A stretch of 41,282 nucleotides of DNA from an uncultured Ectothiorhodospiraceae bacterium (GCA_964416345.1 CAYQDX010000003.1:1-41282), one strand, 5' to 3'. Numbered from the stretch's first letter, positions 32,466 through 41,282 are shown. A program made the numbers and translations. The notes: generated from the sequence alone by a model not told the origin.

Positions 32466-32489
32466 CTATGCTAGGCGCTATGCTAGGCG
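32466..32489. repeat. 12-bp tandem duplication CTATGCTAGGCG x2 spanning the IHF-like gene stop
   Basis: Read directly at 32466-32477 and 32478-32489. Confidence 0.75.
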
Positions 32490-32773
32490 TCTTGGTGCGG
32501 CGCGTTGGTCCTGTCCAGTAGCTCCTTGCCCGGCCGGAAATGCACCCAGTATTTCCCTTCAACGGGAAACACCTCTCCAGTCCCCGGATTACGCGCCATG
32601 CGGCCTGGACGGAAACGCACGGAGAAGGCACCGAATCCGCGAATCTCTATCCGTCCGCCTTCTGCGAGGGCTTCTCCCATCTGTTCAAGCAGTATATTAA
32701 CTGCCAACTCCACGTCCTTGACTGGAAGCTGGAACTTCCGTCCCATGGATTCTATTAGCTCGGATTTCTTCAT
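32483..32773 (-). CDS. ihfB: Integration host factor beta-like protein (probable paralog)
   Basis: MKKSELIE, RIEIRGFGAFS, ARNPGTGE, GKYWVHFRPGKEL match IHF-beta; not in the usual rpsA context. Confidence 0.82.
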   Translation of the reverse strand: MKKSELIESMGRKFQLPVKDVELAVNILLEQMGEALAEGGRIEIRGFGAFSVRFRPGRMARNPGTGEVFPVEGKYWVHFRPGKELLDRTNAPHQDA

Positions 32774-33155
32774 GCTTCACCCCGCGGCGGGCCAGAATCG
32801 GCTCCCCCCAAGCCCGCCAAGCAATTGCCAATCCGCAAGCGCCGCTGCTTGGACTGCAGGCCTAGACCTCTGCTCCGCCCGCTTGGGCGGTCGGTGATAA
32901 GCCGGCGCCCTTTGCAGCGATACACCTCGTGGCAATGTATGATAGTTGCGCGTTGCGACCGCTGGCGCGCGTCATCTGCAGGTTCCGAATCGGCAATTCG
33001 TTTCCGCCACCATAGCAGATTCCGCCCACGATGGCGCGCGCGAGCCATCGATTCCGTGACGCAGCTCATGCTTCCGCGGAGTCGGCGCTTCACAATGTCA
33101 TCCTATAGCACTAACTTGGTGGCGCCGGCATTCGGCAACAACTCCGAGGTCCCAC

Positions 33156-33386
33156 ATGCAAGTAATGCCGTTTCTGGAAGCCCTGCTGGACATGATGCCT
33201 ATTCTCGGCAGGGTTGCGCTGCTGGTCGTGGCGACCGCCGTCGGGCTCCACAACAACGGTATGCATGTGCCCATGGAGCCGCTCGCGGGATGGCTGATCC
33301 ACGTGACCAGTCCCTACACAGACCCCATTGCTTCGTTCGCGATGGCGTGGAGCGTCATGCCCGTGGTGGTGCGCTGGATCGATTGA
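33156..33386 (+). CDS. Small hydrophobic hypothetical protein (76 aa)
   Basis: GAGG RBS before the ATG, GC-rich third positions, hydrophobic stretches; 3' end overlaps the RND gene convergently. Confidence 0.5.
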   Translation: MQVMPFLEALLDMMPILGRVALLVVATAVGLHNNGMHVPMEPLAGWLIHVTSPYTDPIASFAMAWSVMPVVVRWID

Positions 33387-36300
33387 CCTCTGAGCACGCC
33401 GGCGCGGACACGGCAGCCATGCGGCGAGCCAGCAGCGCATAATAGCCCACCGGGATGACCACCAGGGTCAGCAAGGTGGAGACCAGGATGCCGAAGATGA
33501 GGGCGATGGCAAGCCCGCCGAATATGGGGTCGTCCAGGATGAAGAACGCTCCCAGCATTGCCGCTAGACCCGTCAGCACGATTGGCTTGGCCCTCACGGC
33601 TCCGGAGAGGACCACCGCATCTTCGAAGGGGACACCCTCCTCGACTTGTTGATTGATGAAATCCACCAGCAGAATCGAGTTACGCACGATGATGCCCGCC
33701 AGGGCGATCATGCCGATCATGGAGGTGGCGGTGAACTGCGCGCCGAACAGTGCATGCCCGGGCATGACGCCTATGATGGTCAGCGGGATAGGTGCCATGA
33801 TGACGAGCGGCACTGCATAGGAGCGGAACTGCGCCACCACCAACAAATAGATCAGCACCATCCCGACCGCGTAGGCGATGCCCATGTCGCGAAAGGTGTC
33901 GTAGGTGATCTGCCACTCCCCGTCCCACTTAAGTCCGTAGAAGTAGGGGTTGCCCGGCGGGCTCAACAGGAACTGACTCAGATGGGCGCCGTCCCGTAGC
34001 TTCAGTGGCTCCAGGGAGGCGTAGATCTCGGCCATACCGTACAGCGGGCTGTCGAGATTGCCGGCCATATCGCCCGTGACGTAGACCACGGGCAGCAGGT
34101 CCTTCTCGTAGATCGAGCGCTCACGCTGCGTGGCTGCCACTTCGACGACATCGGCCAAAGGCACCAATGCGCCGCTCTGGCTGCGGGTCTTGAGCGCCAG
34201 CACCGAATCGATGGCCGCCTTGTCGGCCACATCCATTTCCAGCCGGATGGGCGTCGGATACTTGACGCGTCCGCCGTGCAGATAGCTCACGTCGTCGCCG
34301 CTCAGGCTGGCCGTCAGGGCACTCACCACAGCCTGCTGGGAGACCCCGAGCAGTGCTGCCTTTTGCTGGTCGACCCTCACGATCAGCTTCGGCGACGCTG
34401 CCTCGACGCTGTCGTCAACGTCGACAATGTCCGGGGTGGACTCGAACACTGCGCGCACCTCTTTGGCGACGTCCACCTGCCCCGAGTAGTCCACGCCGTA
34501 GATCTCCGCCACCAGGGGTGCCTGCACGGGGGGCCCGGGCGGAACCTCGACGATCTTGACGTTGGCTCCCAGCGCCCCGCCGATCTCCTGCAGCGGGGCA
34601 CGCAGCGCGAGGGCAATCTCGTGACTCTTGCGCTCGCGCTGGTGCTTGTCCACCAGATTCACCTGCAGGTCACCGACGTTGGCGGCCTTGCGCAGGTAGT
34701 ACTGCCGTACCAAGCCATTGAAGTTGATGGGCGAAGCAGTGCCGGCGTAAGCCTCGTAGTCCGTCACCTCGGGCACGGTGGCGAGGTGGCCCCCGAGCGC
34801 CCGCAGCACCCGCGCCGTGTGCTCGACGCTGGTGCCCTCGGGCATGTCCACGACCACCTGCAGCTCGGACTTGTTGTCGAAGGGCAGCATCTTCAGCACC
34901 ACCCACTGGGCCAGCGCCAGGTACGCCGACCCGGCGATCAGCACCAGCACCACACCGCCGAGCAGCCAGCGCCTGCGCCGGCCTCGTAGCCCGCCAAGGA
35001 AGGGCTTGAGGACGCGCTCAAACAGGCGCTGAAGGCCCGGGGCGACCGGCTCGGGGCCATGGGCGTGGACGCCCGAGGCGAGTACCTTGTTGCTGAGCCA
35101 AGGGGTCACCACGAACGCCACCGCCAGCGAGATAAGCATGCCGATGCTGGCGTTGATGGGAATGGGACTCATATAGGGCCCCATCAGACCGGTGACAAAT
35201 GCCATGGGCAGAAGTGCGGCAATCACCGTGAAGGTCGCCAGTATGGTCGGTCCCCCAACCTCGTCCACAGCCGTCGGGATGGACTGCAGCAGGGTCTTGC
35301 CCCCCATCTGCAGGTGGCGATGGATGTTCTCCACTACCACGATGGCGTCGTCCACCAGTATCCCGATGGAGAAGATCAGCGCAAACAGCGACACCCGATT
35401 AAGGGTGAAGCCCCAGGCCCAGGAGGCGAACAGAGTGATGGCGAGGGTGATGACCACCGCGGTGCCCACAATGATGGCCTCGCGCCAGCCCAGCGCCAGC
35501 AGCACCAGCAGCACGACGGAGAGCGTGGCAAAAGCCAGCTTGCCGATGAGCTTCTGTGCCTTGTCGTTGGCCGTGATGCCGTAGTTGCGAGTAACCGTCA
35601 CGTTGATCCCTTCAGGTATGAAAATGCCCTGCAGGTGCTCCACTCGCTCGATGATCTGGTCGGCGATAGCCACCGCGTTGGTGCCCGGCTGCTTGGCGAC
35701 GGCAATGGTCACGGCCGGAAACTCGCCATGTACGCCGATGCCCTTGCTGCCGGCGGCGGGTCCGGTGCCCATCCATACATACTGCTCGGGCTGGTCCGGG
35801 CCCGCCTTCACGTCCGCGACCTCCCGCAGTGTCACGGGGCTGCCGTCGTGCACCCCCACCACCAAACCCGCCACATCCTCCACGTGACCCAGGAAGCTTC
35901 CGGCCTGCACCAGCACCTCGTGGTCGTCATGCACCAGTGCGCCGGCGGAGTCCGATGTGTTGCTGGCCTGCAAGGCGTTGCGCAGGTCCTCCAGTGTCAG
36001 GCCGTAGCTCGCGAGTCGCGCAGGATCGAGCAGAACGTGGACCACGTTGTCGGGCCCGCCGATGGTATAGATGTCCCGCGTGCCTTTGACCCGCTTCAGC
36101 TCGGCCTCGATGGCGTGGGCCACCTTCTCCAGCTCGTAGGCGCCGCGATTGGGGTCCTCGGTCCACAGGGTGAGCGTGACGATGGGGACGTCGTCGATCC
36201 CCTTCGGCTTGATGATGGGCTGACCCACCCCAAGGTTGCGCGGCAGCCAGTCCTCATTGGCGTAGATCTGATTGTATAAGCGAACGATCGCGGACGTGCG

Positions 36301-36621
36301 GTCCTCTCCGACCTCGAACTCCACGGTCAGCACCGACATGCCCGGTTTGGAGACGGCGTATATGTGCTTGACGCCCTTGATCTCCGAGAGCACTTGACCC
36401 GCCGGGGTGCTCACCAGGTTCTCCACCTCGCTGGCCGATGCGCCTGGAAAGGGAATCAACATGTTGGCGAAGGTCACATTGATCTGCGGCTCCTCTTCGC
36501 GCGGGGTAATGGCTACCGCGAAGAGTCCCAGCAGAAAGCCCACCAGCGCCAGCAACGGCGTGATCTCGGAGCTGAGAAATTTCTTGGCGAGGCTGCCGGA
36601 AAAGCCCAGACGCTCACTCAT
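33355..36621 (-). CDS. RND family efflux permease (AcrB/AcrD/AcrF superfamily)
   Basis: Start MSERLGFSG at 36621 overlapping the MFP stop; TPREEEPQI, GILVDDAIVVVENIHR, GIIVRNSILLVDF, RAKPIVLT. Confidence 0.93.
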   Translation of the reverse strand: MSERLGFSGSLAKKFLSSEITPLLALVGFLLGLFAVAITPREEEPQINVTFANMLIPFPGASASEVENLVSTPAGQVLSEIKGVKHIYAVSKPGMSVLTVEFEVGEDRTSAIVRLYNQIYANEDWLPRNLGVGQPIIKPKGIDDVPIVTLTLWTEDPNRGAYELEKVAHAIEAELKRVKGTRDIYTIGGPDNVVHVLLDPARLASYGLTLEDLRNALQASNTSDSAGALVHDDHEVLVQAGSFLGHVEDVAGLVVGVHDGSPVTLREVADVKAGPDQPEQYVWMGTGPAAGSKGIGVHGEFPAVTIAVAKQPGTNAVAIADQIIERVEHLQGIFIPEGINVTVTRNYGITANDKAQKLIGKLAFATLSVVLLVLLALGWREAIIVGTAVVITLAITLFASWAWGFTLNRVSLFALIFSIGILVDDAIVVVENIHRHLQMGGKTLLQSIPTAVDEVGGPTILATFTVIAALLPMAFVTGLMGPYMSPIPINASIGMLISLAVAFVVTPWLSNKVLASGVHAHGPEPVAPGLQRLFERVLKPFLGGLRGRRRRWLLGGVVLVLIAGSAYLALAQWVVLKMLPFDNKSELQVVVDMPEGTSVEHTARVLRALGGHLATVPEVTDYEAYAGTASPINFNGLVRQYYLRKAANVGDLQVNLVDKHQRERKSHEIALALRAPLQEIGGALGANVKIVEVPPGPPVQAPLVAEIYGVDYSGQVDVAKEVRAVFESTPDIVDVDDSVEAASPKLIVRVDQQKAALLGVSQQAVVSALTASLSGDDVSYLHGGRVKYPTPIRLEMDVADKAAIDSVLALKTRSQSGALVPLADVVEVAATQRERSIYEKDLLPVVYVTGDMAGNLDSPLYGMAEIYASLEPLKLRDGAHLSQFLLSPPGNPYFYGLKWDGEWQITYDTFRDMGIAYAVGMVLIYLLVVAQFRSYAVPLVIMAPIPLTIIGVMPGHALFGAQFTATSMIGMIALAGIIVRNSILLVDFINQQVEEGVPFEDAVVLSGAVRAKPIVLTGLAAMLGAFFILDDPIFGGLAIALIFGILVSTLLTLVVIPVGYYALLARRMAAVSAPACSEVNRSSAPPRA

Positions 36622-37663
36622 GGCGGGACGTCTCCTGGCTCTCCTTGAGATAGCGCCCGGCGGCGGTGGGATCCAGGGCGACCCGCTCGCCCGCGTCGAG
36701 GCCCGCCAGCACGGGGATGGAGCCGTCTGCACGCACCTTGCCGACTCGCACCTGACGCAGACTCACCCTGCCCTGGGGGTCCACCACATAGAGTCCGGTC
36801 ACCTCGCTGCGGAACACCACGGCCTTGGCGGGCACCAGCAGCACCTTCTTGTTGCCCATGGGGAACAGAACCTTGACCGACATTCCCGGATAGAGATCCG
36901 GCGTGCCGGCTGGCAAATAGACGCGCACATTGAAGGTATGGCTGGCCGGATCGGCATACGGCACCACCGTCAGGCGGGCGGCTTGGACACGACGCTCCGG
37001 GTCGCCCGCCAGCAGCACGGTGGCAGCTCCGTGGGTCCTCACCTGCTGGATAAGCTCCTGCGGCACGTTGGCGACGGCGCGCAGATTCTCCAAGGAAAAT
37101 CCCGTCATCAGCGGCTGGCCAGGACTTGCGGTCTCGCCCAGCTCCACATGCCGCTTAACGACGATACCGCTATACGGCGCCTTGACGACGGTGTGATCCA
37201 GCTGCTCCTGGGCCTGACGAACCTCCCCCTGGGCCGCATGCAGACGCGCGCTGGCGGCGCTGAGCTCCGCACTGGCACGGTCGAGCTCCGCCTTGGACAC
37301 GAGCTTCTTGGCATAGACCTCCTTGACGCGGCGATATTCCTTTCTTGCCTGCTCCTGGCGGGCACGGGCCTCCGCCAAGCCCGCCTGCGCCGATTCCAGT
37401 CTTGCGCGCTGCTCCGTGTCCCGCAGCCGCAGCAGCACCGCCCCTTTGGGCACGAGCTCATCGACATCGAAGTCTATCTCGTCGATGCGGCCGGAGACCT
37501 GCGCCGAGACCGTGGACTGATTGACCGCCTCGATCACGGCATCGGCAACATACTGCTTGGCGACCTCCTGGTAGCGGGCGGGCGCGACTGCGAGAGACGG
37601 CTCGCCCGCGGCCGCCTGTCCAAGCGCCAGCAAGGCGCCGAGCAATGGCACGATGATTCTCAT
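36614..37663 (-). CDS. RND efflux periplasmic adaptor (membrane fusion protein)
   Basis: Signal/anchor MRIIVPLLGALLALG, lipoyl halves VSAQVSGRI and VKAPYSGIV, alpha-hairpin, LYPGM, VLAGLDAGERV. Confidence 0.92.
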   Translation of the reverse strand: MRIIVPLLGALLALGQAAAGEPSLAVAPARYQEVAKQYVADAVIEAVNQSTVSAQVSGRIDEIDFDVDELVPKGAVLLRLRDTEQRARLESAQAGLAEARARQEQARKEYRRVKEVYAKKLVSKAELDRASAELSAASARLHAAQGEVRQAQEQLDHTVVKAPYSGIVVKRHVELGETASPGQPLMTGFSLENLRAVANVPQELIQQVRTHGAATVLLAGDPERRVQAARLTVVPYADPASHTFNVRVYLPAGTPDLYPGMSVKVLFPMGNKKVLLVPAKAVVFRSEVTGLYVVDPQGRVSLRQVRVGKVRADGSIPVLAGLDAGERVALDPTAAGRYLKESQETSRHE

Positions 37664-38058
37664 GAGATGTCTCACTGCGTGTAGGCTCCCCACAAGCTTA
37701 TATCTGCAATGGCTTGGGACAAGGCCGGTCCGGGGTGTTTACGTGCTTCGTAAGCCGGAGCTCCGCGAGTGCCGCAGGGTAACGAGGCGGAGCGAATTAT
37801 TCTCGGCCGGACCGGAGGTCTGGCCCAAAGGACCTTGGGTCGCGGTGCGCTCCTGGCGACCGGGGTTTGTTGGACACGATATCACCATCGTCGACTGCCT
37901 CTGGCGCGCCGCCGGGGTCAGACCACACGCGAGCCGTCAGAACGAGGCACGCTCAATCCCAAAACGCCGACGTGCCCCGGGTCGGGAGCACGCCGACGCC
38001 TGGTGCAGGGGCCGGTTTGATGCGGCGATGGTCGTCTTCTCATCCCTCCGCCCACCTG

Positions 38059-38145
38059 TCAGCGGTGAGGGCGGGTGATGTAGAGCCCGACCAAGACGAC
38101 GCACGCGACGAGTAAGGCACTCACCGTAAAACTGTCGAATATCAT
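38059..38145 (-). CDS. Putative 28-aa single-TM small protein
   Basis: MIFDSFTVSALLVACVVLVGLYITRPHR; GGGAGG RBS 5 nt upstream; promoter-like elements upstream. Confidence 0.55.
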   Translation of the reverse strand: MIFDSFTVSALLVACVVLVGLYITRPHR

Positions 38146-38200
38146 AGGTTCCTCCCGGGAATCACTGGGTCGGCACCACAATCTCGCCGACGTTGAGCCA

Positions 38201-38295
38201 ACTTTATCCCACATAAGAATATTATTCAATACTAACATAATTATTTGCGCTACATTCTTGCTCGTTGGCAACATTTTTCGTTGCTAAATTGCAAC
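38201..38295 (-). promoter_or_regulatory. AT-rich control region: sigma70-like promoter plus two TTGC-N6-GCAA palindromes
   Basis: Minus strand TTGAAT-N17-TAAAGT (38229 to 38201); palindromes TTGCTCGTTGGCAA (38258-38271) and TTGCTAAATTGCAA (38281-38294). Confidence 0.55.
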
Positions 38296-38379
38296 ATTGC
38301 ATTGGACGAAGCTCCGGGAAGGGGGCCGGGGAGTGAGCCACCACGCATGTCGCACGGCGTTGCGGGTTAGAATCAGCCC

Positions 38380-39531
38380 ATGCGCAGCCTAACGGTCGAG
38401 TCGCTCGTGGAGGTGCCACCGGCGGCGTGGAACGCCCTGGTGGATGGCGATCAGCCGTTTCTGCGCCACGAAGTGCTGGCCGCAATGGAGCGCCACGGCT
38501 GTGTGGGCGTCGCCACCGGCTGGCAGCCGAGGCACCAGTTGGTGTACCGCAGCGGCGTTCTGGTCGGGGCCTGCCCCAGCTATGTCAAGACAAACTCGTA
38601 TGGCGAGCTGGTCTTCGACTGGGCCTGGGCGGACGCATACCGGCGTGCCGGCCTGCCCTACTACCCCAAACTGGTCGCAGCCGTGCCCTACACGCCGATC
38701 ACCGGTCCGCGACTGCTGGCTGGGAACGTCGCGGATGCTTCCACGGTGAAAGACCGACTCATCGACGGGGTCGTGGCCGCCGCCCAGGGAATGTCGACGG
38801 CCCACTGGCTGTTTCCGGATTCCCCCGATAGGGACAGGCTGGAGGACAAGGGCATGCTCACCCGCCTGGGCTGCCAGTTTCACTGGCACAATCCAGGCTA
38901 CCGGGATTTCCAGGATTTTCTCGACCAGCTGGTAGCCAAGAAGCGCAAGAACATCCTGCGCGAGCGGCGTCGGGTGCAGGAGGCCGGCATCGAGCTGGAG
39001 GTGCTCGACGGGCACGCTGCGACGGAGGCCCACTGGGACGTGTTTCACGACTTCTATCGCGACACCTTCCTTCGGCTGGGAGGCTACCCCACGCTGAGCG
39101 AGGCATTCTTCAAGGAGCTGGGGGCGAGCCTGCCGGATACCGTCGTGCTGGTGCTGGCGAGGCAGGCGCGTCGCTATGTGGCGGGTGCGCTGAGCATTCG
39201 GGGCAAGCGCAGCCTCTACGGCCGGCATTGGGGCTGTCGCCAGAGCTTCGACGGGCTGCACTTCGAGGCATGCTACTACCAGGGCATCGAGTACTGCATA
39301 CGCCACGGTCTAGGGCGCTTCGAGCCGGGTGCGCAAGGTGAGCACAAGGTCAGCCGAGGCTTTCTGCCTACTGCCACCTACTCCTCCCACTGGGTCGCTC
39401 ACCCCGCGTTTCGCCAGGCTATCCGGCGGCATCTGGCCGTAGAGCGCCAGGCCATGGTGGAGTACATCGAGGAGATGCGGTCGCACTCGCCCTACCGCGC
39501 CGGCACCTCGACCGCGGCATCGGTCGCCTGA
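38380..39531 (+). CDS. FemAB-like GNAT-fold protein (DUF482 family)
   Basis: QPFLRHE, SYGELVFDWAWADAY, YYPKLV, LYGRHWG, LHFEACYYQGIEYCI, FEPGAQGEHKVSRGF. Confidence 0.9.
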   Translation: MRSLTVESLVEVPPAAWNALVDGDQPFLRHEVLAAMERHGCVGVATGWQPRHQLVYRSGVLVGACPSYVKTNSYGELVFDWAWADAYRRAGLPYYPKLVAAVPYTPITGPRLLAGNVADASTVKDRLIDGVVAAAQGMSTAHWLFPDSPDRDRLEDKGMLTRLGCQFHWHNPGYRDFQDFLDQLVAKKRKNILRERRRVQEAGIELEVLDGHAATEAHWDVFHDFYRDTFLRLGGYPTLSEAFFKELGASLPDTVVLVLARQARRYVAGALSIRGKRSLYGRHWGCRQSFDGLHFEACYYQGIEYCIRHGLGRFEPGAQGEHKVSRGFLPTATYSSHWVAHPAFRQAIRRHLAVERQAMVEYIEEMRSHSPYRAGTSTAASVA

Positions 39532-40268
39532 TGTCAATACATTGGATCCATCCTGACGCCCCGCCGGAGGCGTTTCCGGACGCCGAGCTTGCGCTGCGCG
39601 ACCCTGATGGGCTGCTGGCCGTGGGTGGAGATCTGGATCCACGACGCCTGCTGGCTGCCTACCGGCGAGGCATCTTCCCCTGGTACAGCGCCGGCCAACC
39701 CATTCTATGGTGGTCGCCGGATCCCCGTGCCGTGCTGGACCCCAAGCGACTGAAGGTCTCGCGTAGCCTGCGCAAGCGACTGCGGCGGGGCGAATATCGC
39801 GTCACCCTGGACCAAGCCTTCCCCGAGGTCATTGCGGCCTGCGCCACACCCGCACCGGGACGGGAGTCGACCTGGATAACCGCGGAGATGTCCCGGGCAT
39901 ACCGGCGCCTACATGCGATGGGCCACGCTCACTCCGCCGAATGTTGGCAGGCCGACGTCCTGGCCGGCGGGCTCTACGGCGTCGCAATAGGCCGCATATT
40001 CTTCGGCGAGTCCATGTTCTCGCGCCGCACCGACGCTTCCAAGGTCGCCTTTGCCACCCTGGTCGAGCAGCTCCGGGCATGGGGCTACGTCGCCGTCGAC
40101 TGCCAGGTGAGCTCTCCTCACTTGAGCAGCCTCGGGGCGGCGCCGATGCCGCGCCACGATTTCCTGATGCTACTTGAGCGCTGGTGCGCCGTGCCCGGCG
40201 TCGTTGGCAGATGGAGCTTGGAGCTGGGGGCGCGGGAGAGCGCTCCGGCGTTTGCGGAGCAGCAGTAG
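39531..40268 (+). CDS. aat: Leucyl/phenylalanyl-tRNA--protein transferase
   Basis: GLLAVGGDL, AYRRGIFPWY, WWSPDPR, FFGESMFS, DASKVA. Confidence 0.96.
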   Translation: MSIHWIHPDAPPEAFPDAELALRDPDGLLAVGGDLDPRRLLAAYRRGIFPWYSAGQPILWWSPDPRAVLDPKRLKVSRSLRKRLRRGEYRVTLDQAFPEVIAACATPAPGRESTWITAEMSRAYRRLHAMGHAHSAECWQADVLAGGLYGVAIGRIFFGESMFSRRTDASKVAFATLVEQLRAWGYVAVDCQVSSPHLSSLGAAPMPRHDFLMLLERWCAVPGVVGRWSLELGARESAPAFAEQQ

Positions 40269-40269
40269 C

Positions 40270-40986
40270 ATGCATCGCCCCGGCAGCCGGCGCCTGGCAT
40301 TTCACGCCTCCGCTCCCCACGAGTGCAGCTATCTGGCCGATCGCACGGCGGTCACTCTTTTCGTCGATCCCAACGCCAGCCTGAGCACTGAGGGCTACAG
40401 CGAGCTCGTGGATTTCGGATTTCGCCGCAGCGGCGACTATGTCTACCGGCCGGCCTGTCCGGGATGCCAGGCATGCGTATCCATTCGGGTGCCGGTGGCG
40501 GATTTTCGCCCCAATCGCAGTCAGCGCCGATGCTGGGTCCGCAATCAGGATCTTCGGGTCACCCCGCTGGGTCCGTCCTTCGACGAGACGCATTTCCGAC
40601 TCTATCAGCGCTACATACGCCACCGCCATCCCGGAGGCGGAATGGACACGGACTCGCCCACACGCTATCTGGAGTTCTTTCTCAGCAGCTGGGCGGAGAC
40701 CGAGTTCTATGAGTTTCGCAGCCCGCGGGGCTTGGTCGCCGTCGCCGTGGTGGACCGCCTACGTCATGGACTGTCTGCGGTCTACACCTTCTTCGACCCC
40801 AATGAGCACGGCCGCAGCCTGGGCACCTTCGCCTGTCTGTGGGAGATTGCCCGCACCCGGCAACTCGGTCTGGACTGGCTATACCTGGGCTACTGGGTAG
40901 CGGGATGCGACAAGATGGACTATAAGACGCGCTTTCGTCCCTATGAGGCGCTGGAGGGCCACCTCTGGACGCGCCACCGCAGCTGA
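40270..40986 (+). CDS. bpt: Arginyl-tRNA--protein transferase family protein (bacterial Bpt/Ate)
   Basis: Start ATG 40270; HECSYL, GFRRSG, YRPACPGCQAC, SAVYTFFDP, YLGYW, KMDYK. Confidence 0.92.
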   Translation: MHRPGSRRLAFHASAPHECSYLADRTAVTLFVDPNASLSTEGYSELVDFGFRRSGDYVYRPACPGCQACVSIRVPVADFRPNRSQRRCWVRNQDLRVTPLGPSFDETHFRLYQRYIRHRHPGGGMDTDSPTRYLEFFLSSWAETEFYEFRSPRGLVAVAVVDRLRHGLSAVYTFFDPNEHGRSLGTFACLWEIARTRQLGLDWLYLGYWVAGCDKMDYKTRFRPYEALEGHLWTRHRS

Positions 40987-41062
40987 GCGAGGCGGGCCGT
41001 TCCTGGCGGTGTGCGGCTTTTGCTAATCCGGCAGAATTCAGGCATCATTCTGCGCCGGCTAG

Positions 41063-41282
<220 letters not shown>

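Noticed and set aside
33111-33440. His-rich 109-aa minus-strand ORF after the RND gene
   Set aside because: Antisense shadow of the plus-strand 76-aa ORF; overlaps the RND gene out of frame and lacks a clear RBS.
32349-38022. 12-bp direct repeat GCCGGTTTGATG (32349-32360 and 38011-38022) flanking the IHF-RND block as possible att sites
   Set aside because: A 12-mer match is expected by chance in 41 kb, and there is no integrase, tRNA or transposase nearby.
37694-38058. Possible riboswitch or ncRNA upstream of the MFP gene (GGCGATGG resembles the fluoride riboswitch start)
   Set aside because: The rest of the consensus is missing and the motif is on the wrong strand for the RND operon; an Rfam search would be needed.

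Overview
High-GC gammaproteobacterial chromosome segment, mostly conserved housekeeping genes. From left to right: partial yciO, PHP/yciV, yciB-yciI-bolA, an orphan hybrid histidine kinase, ppiA-ppiB-lpxH, then a long minus-strand run (leuC-leuD-leuB-asd-fimV-truA-trpF-trpB-trpA-accD-folC-dedD-cvpA-purF-metZ-glycerate kinase-DUF455) headed by a divergent LysR gene. The window ends with DUF482-aat-bpt-infA (infA partial). An accessory-looking block of about 10 kb (28.3-38.3 kb) is the most interesting part. It holds an HNH nuclease and an IscR-like Rrf2 regulator that has lost all its Fe-S ligands yet sits behind two IscR type-1-like boxes. It also holds a 65-aa acidic protein translationally coupled to a Rad50/SbcC-type ATPase whose coiled-coil apex carries two transmembrane helices and which has no SbcD/Mre11 partner in the window. 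The block ends with an out-of-context IHF-beta paralog, an RND+MFP pair and two small unannotated membrane-protein ORFs. No rRNA, tRNA, CRISPR array, transposase or integrase was recognised. All calls come from reading motifs by eye; no database searches were run.
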